This document shows positions 37,796 through 51,131 of a stretch of 64,000 nucleotides of DNA, in pieces (position 1 is the first letter of the stretch; each line of letters starts with the position of its first letter). The DNA is taken from NCBI RefSeq assembly GCF_018350175.1, contig NC_058383.1, forward strand, positions 8,186,001 through 8,250,000, in the 5' to 3' direction. The notes below the pieces were generated by a model. It did no database searches. It worked only from the letters and a program-made list of their open reading frames with translations, and was not told where the DNA came from. Made by a program: the position numbers and the translations under genes. The DNA comes from Felis catus (taxonomy: Eukaryota).

Positions 37796-39134
37796 AGAAC
37801 TGAGCCCCCAATGCCCCCCCCGTTTTTGATTCTACCCTGGTAAGTAGAATACATTTGTGAAACTCTTTAAAGCATGCAAGTTTCGCTCACTCCCCTTTCT
37901 CTTTCCCTCCTTCCCTCCCTCCCTCTTCTGCCACAGATGTTTACTGGGGGGGTCTTGTCCCTTGTCTCCTCCTCCCTTCTATATCCGACCCTAAAGGGGC
38001 CAGAGCAGCTGCGAGTGATCAGGGCACAAGGATGAGACCAGAGAAGGGCCCCACGGCCTATCTGTGTTGTGCATCTAGTGGAGGGAGACGTTTGAATTTG
38101 GTTAAAGATAAAAAGCTTTAATATTGATTCTTGGTGTGGATGTGTTCTTCTGACTAGGAGAAACCAGAGGAGATGTGGGATGTGCCCAGATTTCAGCAGA
38201 GGAAGGAATGAACGCGTCCAGAGAGTGGGTTCGTGGGGCAGGGGACAAAAGACAAAGTTGTTTTTGGCTTCTCCCCTGAAGAAGAACGCGCATTCCAGAA
38301 ACCACTTCCCCCTGTGTAGGGCCCGAGGCGTGAGAGCAAATGGAGCCCAGGCGCCGTAAGGCTGCATGTCTACATGCTATGACTCAGGCTAACGGATGCT
38401 CCGTAAGTGGGTTCTGTCCGCCACCCTCGGTGAGTGTACCTTCTCAATGACCTGGAAAGCCAGGTCAATGAGGAATTCATAGATGCCATAGAATTCTGTT
38501 CCGGAAATGGGGTGAGGGGCCTTATGGGCCCTTCGAGCTGCATGTCCTACAAGTTCACTCCACACCCGTGGCCTAGAAGTGGGCATACAGGCTGTGGGGT
38601 CTGTCCCGGAGGATGGCCCGGATGGGCACACCCTCTTGGTCCCACAGCCTTGTCGTCCGGCGGGAGGGCCACGGCCAGAGGAGGCCAGAGCGGGGTCCTG
38701 TCAAGTGCAAGGCCCAGGGCAGGTCCAGGTCCAGGGGCCACGACCCGTCCCCTAGGGGCTCTGCCCCTAATTCACGATATGGACTTGCGCGTGTTACTGA
38801 ACCTGCCTGAGCCCGTGTCCCGGTCTGCACGATGAGGACAGCATGGAGACAGGACTCAGGGCGTGAGGCTCGCCGGGAGGCCGCGTGTGTGAGGCGCCAA
38901 GAGCAGGAAGGGTGCTCAGAGGCTGGGTTTGCAGAACAGACCTGACCGCACTCGGCCGTCCCCACCGCGGTCAGGAAGAGAGTCGGAGCTGCTCAGCCAT
39001 GCGTGCAGGCCTTTGTCCTCTGGCCCCCTGGCCCCTGTGCCGTGGGCCGCCCCTCACCCTCCAGCCCTGCCGAGCGGCTGCTCCCGTGGGTCATCCAGCG
39101 TTCGGGGTGCTGTCGCTCCAGGTCACACCTTTTA

Positions 39135-39326
39135 TAAAAAAATTTTTTTTTAAATCTTTATTTATTTTTGAGAGAGAGAGAGAGAGGGAGACGCAGAATC
39201 CGAAGCAGGCTCCAGGCTCCGAGCTGTCGGCACAGAGCCCGACGCGGGGCTCGAACCCACAAACCGCGAGATCATGACCTGAGCCGAAGTCGGACACTTG
39301 ACCGATGGAGCCACCCAGGCACCCCT
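39135..39326 (-). mobile_element. CanSINE
   Basis: Flanked by ggtcacaccttt and ggtcacgccttt (TSD). Confidence 0.9.
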
Positions 39327-40354
39327 CCTGGTCACGCCTTTAATGACGCGGATACTGGCTGACGGCCTGTTTCATCCTCGTGGCTTTACCTGCGTGAGGC
39401 TGTCCTCCCCACACCCCTCGAGGCTGCCCCACTCCCCTCCTCTCCCCCATTCTGCCACAATTCTGGGCACCCGGATGTCCAGGTGTGACTCACCAATGCC
39501 CCGTGTTACTCTAAGCCTCTCCCTCCCCTCCCCTTCACCTTAGCCGCTCTCCTTGGCCTTGCCGGCCTCCGAGTTCCTCGCAGGAACCTCACACCTCGGT
39601 GTCTCGGTGTCATAAACTCTGGACTCAGGTTCTTCCACCCCACCCCTCACTCACGCGGCTGAGCCCTCCTTTGCTCACTCCGTCTTCTCTTAGCCCGACC
39701 GCTTGTCCCATCTTTGTGGCCTTCCGACCTCCAACTTCCTGTCCCCTTGACCCTCCCTCCCAGCTGCCTAGAAAGGCGCGCCCCTCCCCGCCCAGAGGAC
39801 CCTCCAGCCTTCTTCTGGAGGGTCAGGAGGGCTGTCCATCCGCGTTAGCGACGTTACTGCGCCTCGGTAGTGGTGACGGGGTCTGGCATCGGGGCTTCCT
39901 GTCTCTCTGCCCAGGAACTGGCTGTGCGTGGCCAGCCCTGTGATGGCGAGGCTGTGTGGCATCGTCCGTGACCAACTTAGCCACTGCCTGGTGGGGCCCG
40001 TTTTAGTTCTACAAGGATCTGTCTTCCTCTTCCGTGCCGCTGCCCGATGGACCTTTCTCTTGCTCTCTTCTGTCAAGCCCTTTGGTCGCCCACCATCTCC
40101 TGCCTCAGCTTGACAGACAGGTTTCACTTCTTAGGTCAACTCTTAGTGACTAGTAGGAGCTGCCCCGGTCAGTGGGTTAAGAAGGATTCCGAGGTGGAGT
40201 CTGGGCTCTGGGAAGAGGACCATGACAGCTGAGTGATGTCACCGTGGCTGTGGGGCAGGAAAGTGGAGGCAGGTGTGATGTATTGGGCAGCCTTGGCCTT
40301 TATGATAAAACCCACCGTCTCCGGTGTCACGTATAAAGGCTGCCTTCAAATCAA

Positions 40355-40557
40355 TGTTTTTAAGTTTATTTATTTGAGAGAGAGAGAGAGAACAAGCAGG
40401 GGAGGGGCAGAGAGAGAGGGAGAGAGAATCGCAAGCAGGCTCTGCACTGTCGGCAGAGAGCCCGATGTGGGGCTCGAACCCACGAACTGTGAGATCGTGA
40501 CCTGAGCTGGAACCGAGGGGGACACTTACTTAACCGACTGCGCCACCCAGATGCTCC
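40355..40557 (-). mobile_element. CanSINE
   Basis: Antisense copy. Confidence 0.85.
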
Positions 40558-40699
40558 TAAAGTCTGACTTTTTAAAGCCCATCTTTTGTCCTCTATGCCA
40601 GCTACATCGTATTAATTGTTTCTGTTTCCTTGCATCTGCTGTTTGATTTGCTTGCGGTGCCCTCCCATGAGCACCTAGAATATTCTGCATATGTCTGTC

Positions 40700-40906
40700 T
40701 CAAGGTCTCTCAACCTTGGTACCCTTGACATTGTGGACTGGGTAACCTTGTCGTGCAGCCGTCCCATGTGTCGCAGGATGTCCAGGCCTCTCCCCACTGA
40801 ACACCAGGAGCATAGCCTTGCCCCCAACTCGAACAACCGAGAAACATCTCCTGACCCGGCCAGATGTCCCCTAGGGGACAAAATCACACCCAGCTGGAAC
40901 CGCTGT
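40700..40906. mobile_element. MER20-like hAT-Charlie DNA transposon
   Basis: tctcaaccttggtacccttgacattgtggactgggtaa...ccagatgtcccctaggggacaaaatcacacccagctggaaccgctg. Confidence 0.8.
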
Positions 40907-40974
40907 TCTCTCTGAACTTGAACATTTTGAACTGGGGGACATTTAAAAATATTAAAAAAAAACATTAAAAAAAA

Positions 40975-41160
40975 CCTGGGTGGCTCAGTCCGTTGAGCGC
41001 CCGACTCTTGATTTTGGCTCAGGCCGTGATCCTAGGGTTGTGGGATCAAGCCCTGCATAGGGCTTTGCGTTGACAGCATGGAGCCTGCTTGGGATTCTCT
41101 CTCTCTCCCTCTGCCCCCTCCCCTACTCTTTCTCTCTCTCTCTCAAAAAAGAAAAAAAAA
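40975..41160 (+). mobile_element. CanSINE
   Basis: Head cctgggtggctcagtc and A-tail. Confidence 0.85.
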
Positions 41161-41169
41161 CAATATATG

Positions 41170-41319
41170 AAAATAAAAATATGATATCTAAAATTTTTTT
41201 CTGTGGAAGCTGTCGAACCTATACACAAGTAGGCGGCAAAATAAGTCCCCACGTACCCTCACTGGGCTTTGTTAACTGTTGCATTTTGCCACACTTACCC
41301 GGTTCCCTTCTTCCCGCCC

Positions 41320-41368
<49 letters not shown>

Positions 41369-44048
41369 TCTGTTTGGGTGTGTGAAGCATTTCACAGTTT
41401 TTTTTTTTTTTTTTAAGTAGGCTCCATGCCCAATGTGTGACTTGAACTCACCACCCTGAGATCAAATGCCCTTGGGGCATTTGAAAGCAAATCCCAGGCT
41501 CACGTCCATTTTACTTGTAATATTCTGTATACACTACCATGCCAACGTTTAACAGACTTACAGTCATTCCTTATTCATCTTACTGTTCCTTCTTATTGGA
41601 TCCCAAATCCAATCCACATTCAGATTTTCTCCAATTGTCCAGAAAGTGTTTCTTTATTGTTAGTTTGTTCAGATCCGGATCTACTCATGGTCTGCTGTGG
41701 TTCTTGTGCCTTTGTAGTCTCTCACTGTAGGAAAGTCCCCTCTCCTTGACAAGAATGCTTTTCCCCCTCAAGCCATTGACTTGTCAGAAGGCCGGTTGTC
41801 CTGTAGGCGCCCGTGTTCCAGATTTGGCTGATTGCTTCCAAGTGGTGTCATTGATTTGATCTTCTACTGCCTGTGTTTGTTCTATATTGGAGATTAGATG
41901 TAAAGGTTTGATTATATTTAGGATCTCTTTTTGGGGGGGAGGCAAGAGTGCTTCATAGTTGGTCCAGTATGTCATGTCATATGATATCATGTCATGTCAT
42001 GTCATATCATGTCATGTCATATTAATCAGGGGGTGTTACGAACTGAGTATTTTTGTCCCCTCAAAATTCCTATGGTGGAGCCCTGTCCTCAATATGATGG
42101 CATTTGGAGGTAGGCTTCTGAAAGCAATTATGTTTAGATGAAGTCATGAGGTTGGGGTCCCCATGATGGCACTCCTGTCCTTATAAGAAAGGGAAGAGAG
42201 TGGCGCCTGGGTGGTTCAGTCGGTTGAGCGTCTCACTTGGGCTCTGGTCATGATCTCGCGGTTCATGGGTTTGAGCCCCGCGTCGGGCTCTGTGCTGACA
42301 GCTCAGAGCCTGGAGCCTGCTTTGGATTCTGTGTCTCCCTCTCTCTCTGACCCTCCACTGCTCACGCTCTGTCTCTCTGTCTCTCTGAAATAAATAAACA
42401 TTAAAATTTTTTTTTTAAAAAGAAAGAAAGGGAAGAGAGAGAGCAGAGCACGCGCACACGCACACACTCTCTCTCTTTCTCTCTGCCACGTGAAGACACG
42501 GTGAATGGGCAGCCTTCCTGCCAGCCTGGAAGAGGCTCTCCCCAGGAACTGAATTTGCCGGCACCTTCGTCCTGGACTTGCCAGCCTTCATATCTGTGAG
42601 AAAGAAACATTTAAGCCACTCAGCCTAGGATGTATTTTACGATGGTGCCCCAGGCTAATACAGGAGGACATGACTTTTTTCTCCCTGGAAATCCGGGTGT
42701 TCGACATTCACCGAAATAACCACTGTCTGCAGGTTTCTTCTTCTCTTCTCTCTGCAATTTATTTCTTGAAGAAACCGGGCCTGGTCGAGGTTTCCTTGTT
42801 CAGGATTTTGTTGAGAGAGAGAGTGAGAGAGCGCACGCTCGTGTACACACATGTGAGCAAGGGCACGTGTATGGGGGAGGGACAGAGAGAGAGAGAGAGA
42901 GGGAGAAAATCTCAAGAAGGCTCCCAACACCCAGCGCGGAGCCCAGTGTGGGGCTCGGTCCTATGTCCCTGGGATCATAACCTGAGCCAGAATCCAGACT
43001 GAGCCACCCAGGCGCCTCTCCTTGTTCGGGATTTTCTTGATTGTATCCTCATGGTGCCTGTTACCACGTTCCTCTGTCCTTGGTATTTCTAGAATATTGG
43101 AAATTAAACAGAGGCTTGAGTAGACTTTGGTTCTGTCTCCTTCTCTTCCTTATTATTATTGTTTGGGCAAAATTACCTCTTTGGTTGTGTAGTATTCTTC
43201 CGTCAACAATTATATTAAGAATCACACACCATCTGGTAGTTTCTTTTTCTCTTGTGATGTTAGCAGGTTTTGATAACCGTTGTCTTCATCACTGTTCGTT
43301 AAGGGCTGCATTATTTTTGAGAGAAAGAGTGTGTGTGCACCCCAGTGGGGGAGGTGCAGAGAGAGAGAGGGGGACAGAGGATCTAAAGCAGGCTCTGCGC
43401 TGAGAGTGGAGAGGCTGACGTGGGGCTCGAACTCACGAACTGTGAGATCAGGACCTGAGCTGAAGTCAGACGCTCAACTGACTGAGCCCCCCAGGCGCCC
43501 CCCAGGTGTATCCTATTTTAATGCTGACGTGGCTTTTTCATTTAATTACTGGAATACTTGTGTGATTTCCCCCTTCTCTACTATATGTAGATAGTCATAT
43601 TTTGAATTTTTTTTTTGTAAATTCGTTTTTAATGTTTATTTATTCTTGAGACAGAGACAGCGTGCACAGGGGAGGGGCAGAGAGAGAGGGAGACACAGAA
43701 TCCGAAGCAGCCTCCAGGCTCGGAGCTGTCAGCACAGAGCCCGACACGGGGCCCGAACTCGTGAACTGCGAGATCCTGACCTGAGCCGAGGTCAGACACT
43801 CAACCGACTGAGCCACCCAGGCTGCCCTCCTGCATTCATGTTTACAGCTCCATAGTTCTGCACTGTGTGAATCACTTCGCTTATTCACTTTGCCCTTTAC
43901 TGGTAGACATTGTGTTGTTCTGATCCTTTGTGTCGCATGTAACGCCCTGTTACATGTCATTGTGCGTCATTCATTTTGTATTTTTGCAAATGGATCTTTT
44001 TTAAAAAGCTGATTTATTTTGAGAGAGAGAGAGAGAGCAAGTGGGTTA

Positions 44049-44088
<40 letters not shown>

Positions 44089-44360
44089 GAGAGAATCCCA
44101 AGCAGGCTCCACACTGTCAGCATAGAGCCCCATGCGGGGCTCGAGCTCACGCACCATGAGATCATGACCTGAGCCGAAATCAAGAGCCGGATGCTTAACC
44201 GACTGAGCCTCCCTGGACGCCTGCAAATGCATCTTTAGGATGTGTTTTTACAAGTGGGTTTTCTGGGTTAAAGGGTGAATGTGTGCATACTTCTGATAGC
44301 GTCAAACTTCCTGCCAAAGGAATTATACCATTTTGCCTCCTAATGAACAGTTTCTTTCTT
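41170..44360 (-). mobile_element. Fragmented old L1 (L1MC/ME-like) hosting (CA)n at 41321-41367, (TCATG)n at ~41970-42020, an LTR and several SINEs
   Basis: Antisense L1M motifs (gaaggccggttgtcctgtagg...ccagatttggctgattgcttcc; ctgggttaaagggt) between the insertions. Confidence 0.55.
42033..42661 (+). mobile_element. MaLR LTR (MLT1A/B-like), interrupted by a CanSINE (~42201-42420)
   Basis: tgttacgaactgagtatttttgtcccctcaaaattcctatg...gccggcaccttcgtcctggacttgccagcc...ctaataca. Confidence 0.8.
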
Positions 44361-44858
44361 GGGATACATTTTGTTTGTTTGTTTTAATTTTTTTTAATGT
44401 TTATTTTTTTGACAGAGAGAGAGAGAGAGAGAGAGCGAGCATGGGCGGGGGAGGGGCAGAGAGAGAGGGAGACACAGAATTCGAAGCGGGCTCCAGGCTC
44501 TGAACTGTCAGCACAGAGCCCGGCTCGGGGCTTGAACCCACAGACTGCGAGATCATGACCTGAGTTGAAGTCAGACGCTCAACCGACTGAGCCACCCAGG
44601 CGCCCCTGTTTTAATTTTTTTAATGTTTATTTATTTTTGAGAGAGAGAGCACGAGCAGGGAAGGGACAGAGAGAGATGGAGAGAGTGCGAGCGTGAGCAG
44701 GGGAGGGACAGAGAGAGAGGGAGACGCAGAATCCGAAGTGGGCTCCAGGTTCCAAGCTGTCAGCACAGAGCCCAACATGGGGCTCGAACCCACGAACCGC
44801 GTGATCATGACCTGAGCTGAAGTCAGACGTTTAACTGACTGAGCCACCCAGGCGCCCC
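42805..44858 (-). mobile_element. Cluster of six antisense CanSINEs (~42805-43017, 43310-43501, 43625-43828, 44010-44222, 44385-44606, 44610-44858)
   Basis: Six antisense heads; the last carries a ~40-bp internal duplication of the GA-rich segment. Confidence 0.9.
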
Positions 44859-45784
44859 CTTTGGGGTACATTTTGAAGAGCCAATTTAGTGATTCTGGGA
44901 CAAAGTGGCCCTGTGGGGATGTGAGGGGACTTCCCTGGCCTACGCCACCCGCAGGCCTGGCCCACCCCTCGCGTTTGCAGGGCGCTGATGAAAGCCCTCA
45001 CACCATATGTCTAAGTATTTATAAGTCGTAAATCAAGCTTACAAACTGTTAAATAAAATCTGTTGTGTTATCGACCTTGACAGACCTACCTTCCCAATGA
45101 CCTGGGGATGGGGGTGAGGCTCATATTTAGAACTCTTAGCCTCCTTGAGTTTTATGCTGGAATTCAGCGGTTCGGGGAGATCCACCTTTCACTTCTCTCC
45201 TTGTTCCGCCCGACACCTTGCCCCTGGTGCGGCCTCACGCACCCACTGTGGGCACTTGAGTCTAGCCCAGGACCTCTCACCCTGCCCTACCAACCGCCAC
45301 TTGGCCACACTTCATGCCCGAGTGTGTCTAGCTGTGGGGGAGGGAATCCCAGGCCCCAGGTACCTGCACTTGGTCTGCGAGGGTGCCTGTGGTTTTGGGG
45401 ACGATGTCCCTTTGGGCCCACAGCCTCCTTCCTTGCCCTGTGGGGAGGGGTGTGGCCGGAGGCAGGTCAGATGCAGGCCCTGGAAAGTACAGTGCCCAGG
45501 GTGGGGCTCCTGTTTTTTAGGTTTAAGACAGGTCTGTGTCAACGTTACCTCTGGCGAGATACAGAGTGACTTTCCACAGGTACGTCCCCAGTTCTTCAGA
45601 ATTAGATGGCCTTTCCCCGCATGCCCCCATTCCAGAAGGCTCCATCACAATGACAGAGTTAAGCTGTCTGTGTCCACGCGTTTCCTTCTAGTATCTTCCC
45701 TGCTGGACCTCTTCATCCCCCGTTAGACTGTAGGCGCCGAGGGGGACGTCACCCACCTGTGAGAGAGGCCCGAGAAGAAAGAGA

Positions 45785-45895
45785 AAAAGCTTTGTAATGT
45801 CGTACCTTTCCTGGCATGTGTTCCCCATCTTTTGGAGTGAGGGGCCCCGCATTTTCCTCTTGCCTGTGCTCCAAAGTTGTTTAGACGGTCTTGCT
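45785..45895. mobile_element. MER53-like hAT fragment
   Basis: ggggccccgcattttcctcttgcctgtgctccaaagttgtttagacggtcttg resembles the MER53 end. Confidence 0.5.
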
Positions 45896-45989
45896 CCCAT
45901 GTTTCAGGTGTCGCGTCCCCTAAACCACAGGGCAGTGACTGGCCGATCATGATGAACTGAGGAGGTAAAAGGATCGGCCATCCAGACCT

Positions 45990-46320
45990 ATCCATGACTC
46001 GGACAATCTGGGGCCTGGAGATCTGGATTTCAGTGGCCTCCCCAGGGGTTTTTCGTGCAGCCAGGTTTAGGAAGCCCTGCATGGAGAATAGTGTTTTTTT
46101 GAGATTCTTTCATCACGACCGATAACAAGAAATACCCTTCCTGTGGTGACCGAGTCCCCTTGCTTATGTGTGCGCACTCGCCTGAAACGTACTAGTCTGA
46201 AACAAGTTTCACAGAATAATGCTTACCGTTACCATATGTGGTATTCTCTTTTTTATTGTATTCTATCGAGTTCATAAAAAAAAGTGCTTGCCAAGACTCA
46301 GAAAATTGATTCCACAGCCC
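45990..46320. mobile_element. hAT-Charlie (MER5-like) fragments
   Basis: tctggggcctggagatctggatttc...gcagccaggtttaggaagccctg and gaaacaagtttcacagaataatgcttacc. Confidence 0.45.
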
Positions 46321-47254
46321 CTCTGTGTTAAGACCTGCCTGGGAGACCCCCTGCCCTGGGGGAGTGTGGGAGTCTCTTTGCTTTCCCCGCTCCCCCCCTC
46401 ATTCCCATGCCTGGCCCTCCCGCCTCTGACTCTGAAGTCCCTTTCTGGTTTCAGCCTAGGTGAAGTGCTTGGTGTGTCCCCTCTTTAACCCAAACGCCTC
46501 CCCCAGACCTTACTCCATTCTATTATGGGGCAGCCACAAAGGCCTTCCCTTCGGGAAACTTTCCCGGACTGACCTCCCCGCTCTGTGGGCAGCTCTCTGT
46601 GCCTCTTGGATCTGTGATTGTGGTTTTCACCCTGAGAACTCACTTCCCGCTTTCCTTCCCTGTGGATGGAATCATTTCTCCTCCCCGTTTCCTCCCTATC
46701 GGGGCCCTGGCCAGTCCACCTGGGACCTGGATGCACAAGCCGGCCCTGCCCACCCACCCCCACCTCCTTGGGAGTGTGAACTTACCTAACCGGGCATTCA
46801 ACCACCTGACCATCACTGAGCCCTGTAGGTGGGCTGGAGCTGGGGACTGAAATGTGGGGGCAGGGGCACACTGCCGGGGGGAGGGGTGCTGGCACTCTGG
46901 GGAGTGAACCATCACATCCGGGAGGCCTTGAATCTGTGACTGGATCACAAGGACCCCGGTGCTTTACCTTCAGGAAGTTACCGTTTTGCGTGCTTGGTGC
47001 TGGAGGCTGCGGGGTGATCGGTGATCGGCCGGGCCTCTGCCCTTGATGAGCTCAGAAACTGGTGGCGCTCAGACCCCAGAGCGAGGGTGGTATTTGCTAC
47101 CTCGTGGGTGTGTGCGGAGTGTGACGGGCAGGCAAGGGCCGTAGGAGCGATCACTTGTCTAGGGGAGTTTGGGCGTGTGTAAGTGTGGGCATCTTTGTGC
47201 CTCAGTTTTGTCCTCTGTAAAATGGGGATGATTATGGTGTTTACTTCATAAAGC

Positions 47255-47258
47255 TTAT

Positions 47259-47298
<40 letters not shown>

Positions 47299-47452
47299 GT
47301 GGTAGGGGCAGAGAGAGAGGGAGAATCCCCAGCAGGCTCCCCACTGGCAGCACAGAGCCTGACGTGGGGCCTGAACTCATGAACCACGAGACCATGACCT
47401 GAGCTGAAACCAAGAGTCAGGTGCTTAACTCACTGAGCCACCCAGGTGCCCC
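47255..47452 (-). mobile_element. CanSINE with long (GA)n
   Basis: Direct read. Confidence 0.9.
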
Positions 47453-50400
47453 GAAGTGGGTCTTGTAGGATGAATAGGAGTCTTCTTGGCAATGACAGGG
47501 GAGGGCATTTGGGGCGGACGAAAGAGCCGTGTGAAGGCTGGGAGGTGGGACTGTGGTTTTATATGGTGAGTGCAGGTGCGTTCAGAAGGGCTGGACGGGC
47601 CAGGCCTTTGGAGCCTGAGTGCAAAGCCTCCTTCCTGCCACCCTGAGGAGCTTGGGTTTTATGTCTAAACATGGTTACGGTGGCCCTTGTGCTAGCTTTG
47701 CTGGTGGGAGGGGAGCCAGCTAACAGACCGTGTCGGCAGCTCCTGGCCGCTTGGTGGGCCGCTGATAGGCCGGGGCAGGTTGATGACCAGGGCTCCCGGC
47801 CCTGCCCGGGGCCCGGGGATGTTGCGGGCCGGCTGCTTTGCTCCTTGGAACGTTGCAAGGATCACAGTCTTTTCTCAGCTTTGAAAAGGCAGCAAAGCAC
47901 GCCGTTCACGCACCTTTCGTTTTAATAAAATAGTTGCGTGTTTTTCCTCCACGGGGTTTTCGTGACGCTTGCACGCGTCAGGATTCAGTGGCTGCCTGTT
48001 GAGCGAATGAAAGAACAAAGGCCTTGACCTCTCTCCTCTGGGAAACGGAGGCCGTGACCTCTGGCCTCCTGCAGGTCTGTCGTGCTGAGGGGTCCAGGAA
48101 GGAGGTCTGCCCTTTGTGCCCAGAGCAGGTCAGCTCTGGAAGCCACATTGAAAGGAGCCACGGAGGCCATCAGCTTGAGGGGGTCCCGCTTCTTCCTTTG
48201 AAGTAGAAATGGGTGCAGAAGGGGGACTTTTCCTGAAAATCACACGGAATGGCCTCTATGTAAATATCTGGTGAAGATTTTTCCTGAGGCCCCAGGGTTT
48301 TCTGAGTCTCGCTCTCCTCTCCGCTCCCCACCCCCAGCTTGTCTGTTATTTTAACATCCATTCCCAGAGAAACAATTCCTATGGCAATCAGAACACTACT
48401 CCAGGCTTCTCTTGGCTTGAACCGGCCAACACTTCATTGCCGCTTCGAGAGTGTATGAGCTGGAGCCTGACCAGCTCCGCCTGGGGCAGGGAAGAGAGGA
48501 ACAATAACTAAGTTAGAGGATTTTTGGGAATCCTGCAGCCGATCCTAAGGAAGTAGACACAAGGCACACTGTTCTCGCTGAGGAGTCCAGGGTCCCCAGC
48601 CTCTCCTGCCCGGTCTTCCTTTCTCTTGCCTCCCAGAAACCAGGGCGTGGATGGATGTTTCTTCGGGGGCCTGTACGAGACCACCTTGAAAGGAGCTGGA
48701 CCCGGTCCAGGTTAATTCTGTAACGCTCGGGATGGGGTGGGGTGTAGAGAGGCAGGACCCCACCTCCTCTGCCTCTCCTTCCGCCTCACCCCTCGGCTGC
48801 CTCCAGAGTGCTGTGTGGACTGTGGAAAGCTGACCTTTGCCAGCTGACCTTTGCCGGCTCCCCGGTGCCCCGTGGTGACATTTCCGGAGCTCATTCTGTC
48901 GGATGTTAATGGGAGTCACAAGAAACAGTTTGGGAAGTGCTTGCGAACCAAGCTGGAGAGTTTCCCTAGTAAAGAAGGAGGGTGTGAATCCGGGCGCTGG
49001 GTGGCCCTGATCGAGTCACCTGACCTCTCTCCTCATCTGCAAAAGGGGGCTGATCTTCGTCTTTATTTCATCCTGTCGTTCGGGGCTTACATGAGCCAAT
49101 GTTAATAAAGCGCTTAGACAATATCTAGTAAACACTCTTTGCAACCTCGAGCGATGATAAAGGCTTTCGCAGACTGAGCAGGGTGCCAGTGCGCCTTGCA
49201 AAGCTTGGAAAATGCGGTTTCACAGACACCGAGGCTACCGACTCCGTTTCTGGGGAGAGTTTTGGTTGGATGGTGTTCCAGACGACATGCTCTGGAAACG
49301 CTGGCCTAGTGGGTCAAGGTTCATGCCTCAGCGGTTTACAGTGCCTTTTGCCCTTTGGGAGCTGGTCTTAAGCAATATCACCAGGGGCATTTCTGACCTC
49401 ACCCTGCAGTGGCCTGCCCTGGTGCTGCTGGGGAGCCGGGGCAGTACAGGAGCAAGGGTCCTGTCATTTCCCATATCCCTGAGGACGCTGCTTGGGTTTT
49501 CAAGCCCTTGAGTGAGGGGTGGGGGCTGGTCCACACTCGCAGCTGAACCCACCAGCCACTTGGGGGCTGAGCATACAGGGTTGCCCCCAGGACATGATGG
49601 GGGAGCACGCTGGAGGGTCTAGGGGCCCTGAGATGCCCGTAAGGGCCCCGAGATTCTGATGAGTTTCCTGTCCTGGAGATTGAGACCGTGTTAGGCCCCC
49701 AGATTGGGGGACAGGGCTTCTTTGGACCTGTCATGATTGGCTGGGGGACACACAGCCGGGCCGGCCCTTCCTTTCATTGACTCGGTGCCTCCAGAGTAAC
49801 ATGAAACTAATAGGATTGGGTGAGATCAAACAAGGAAGTGTGTTTGTTAAAGATGCAGACTAGTTGTAATGCAGCACGTTCCTGCCCCCCGGAACGAGGG
49901 CCCCACCGGACGACTTCGACCTCTCTGAGCAAGAATGGGGGTTCGCCAGCGCTTGCGGGAAGTTGGGTGTTTGCTCTGTGTGCGTGTGTGCGTGTGTGTG
50001 TGTGTGTTACTTGTACCCGTGACTGGCTGCAGCTTGCAGCCCAAACATTTTATGTTTCTGTTTGCACATATCTGGTCCCCTGCCCCCTTCCTTGTTATGG
50101 AAGGGCAGGGACTGTGTGGCATTTGCCGAGACCCCCCCCCCCCCCCCGCCCCAGTTCCTGCCACACAGGAGGCCCAGCAGCGGGTCTGCCCTGCTTGGAG
50201 CCACCGTGAAAGGCTTAGAGTTCCATCTCTCCCTGGGGAGCAGCTCTGGAGCCAGGCCCATGCAGGCTGGCCGCTGACCTTGCCCGCCCTGCGGGGCCCC
50301 GGAGGCGCCAGAGCCTGCGTGCACCCGGCTAGCTCGGGAAGCCTGTGCGCAGAAAGTGACAGTTTCCTTCTGATTTGGCTCCGGCTGTCTGCGCCCAGGC

Positions 50401-51131
50401 CCGTTGCCTCTGGCATCTGACATTTTTGTCATTCCTGCCGCCCTGGAAGGGCTTATTTGGGGAATCAGCACTTTTCCTCTTCCTGCGCCTGCCTCTGTGA
50501 TTGACTCGGCCACACGGGCTGACTCCGGTTCCGAGAAGGCTCGGCCTGCCTGGGCACCCGCCGTTTCTGCAGTGATGGAATCCCGGGCCTCTCCGGGGTT
50601 TTCCAGGCTCTTTCTCTCTTGTGTCCCATGGCTGACGATGACAGTAAGCTCGGACCCTGAATCTCTTCAGTCCGGAGCTTGGAACACATACGTGTGCCTT
50701 CCTGGAGACACAGCTGAGCTTAGGGGAGAGACCCCTTCACCTGCTCCTTGTCTCTCTGAGTCCTCTGCTCCCCGCCAGCTGCCTTTGACCTCAGACTGCT
50801 TCCTGCTCTCAGCATCTCTGCATCTCTTGGCCTAACTAACAATCGCGCAAAGCTCGGAGCTGCGCTTAAAATCACATCTTCAGGGAACCTTTTGCTGTCC
50901 CCAGAAGAAAGGCCAGGCCTTTCTGTTAAATGCCCTTGGGGCTTACCCTCATACCTAGGAGCTCATGATAACTCTCAGTCCATCTAATTAATTGGTTGGT
51001 AATTAGTTAATAGTTGTCTACACTGAGACTGTGAGTTTTTGGAGGGCGGAGGATGCGTCTGTCTTGTTTGGGGCCGTATCTCTAGTTTCTTGCAGAGAGT
51101 ATCCCGCACAAGGACTCATGCTTTGCAAGCT

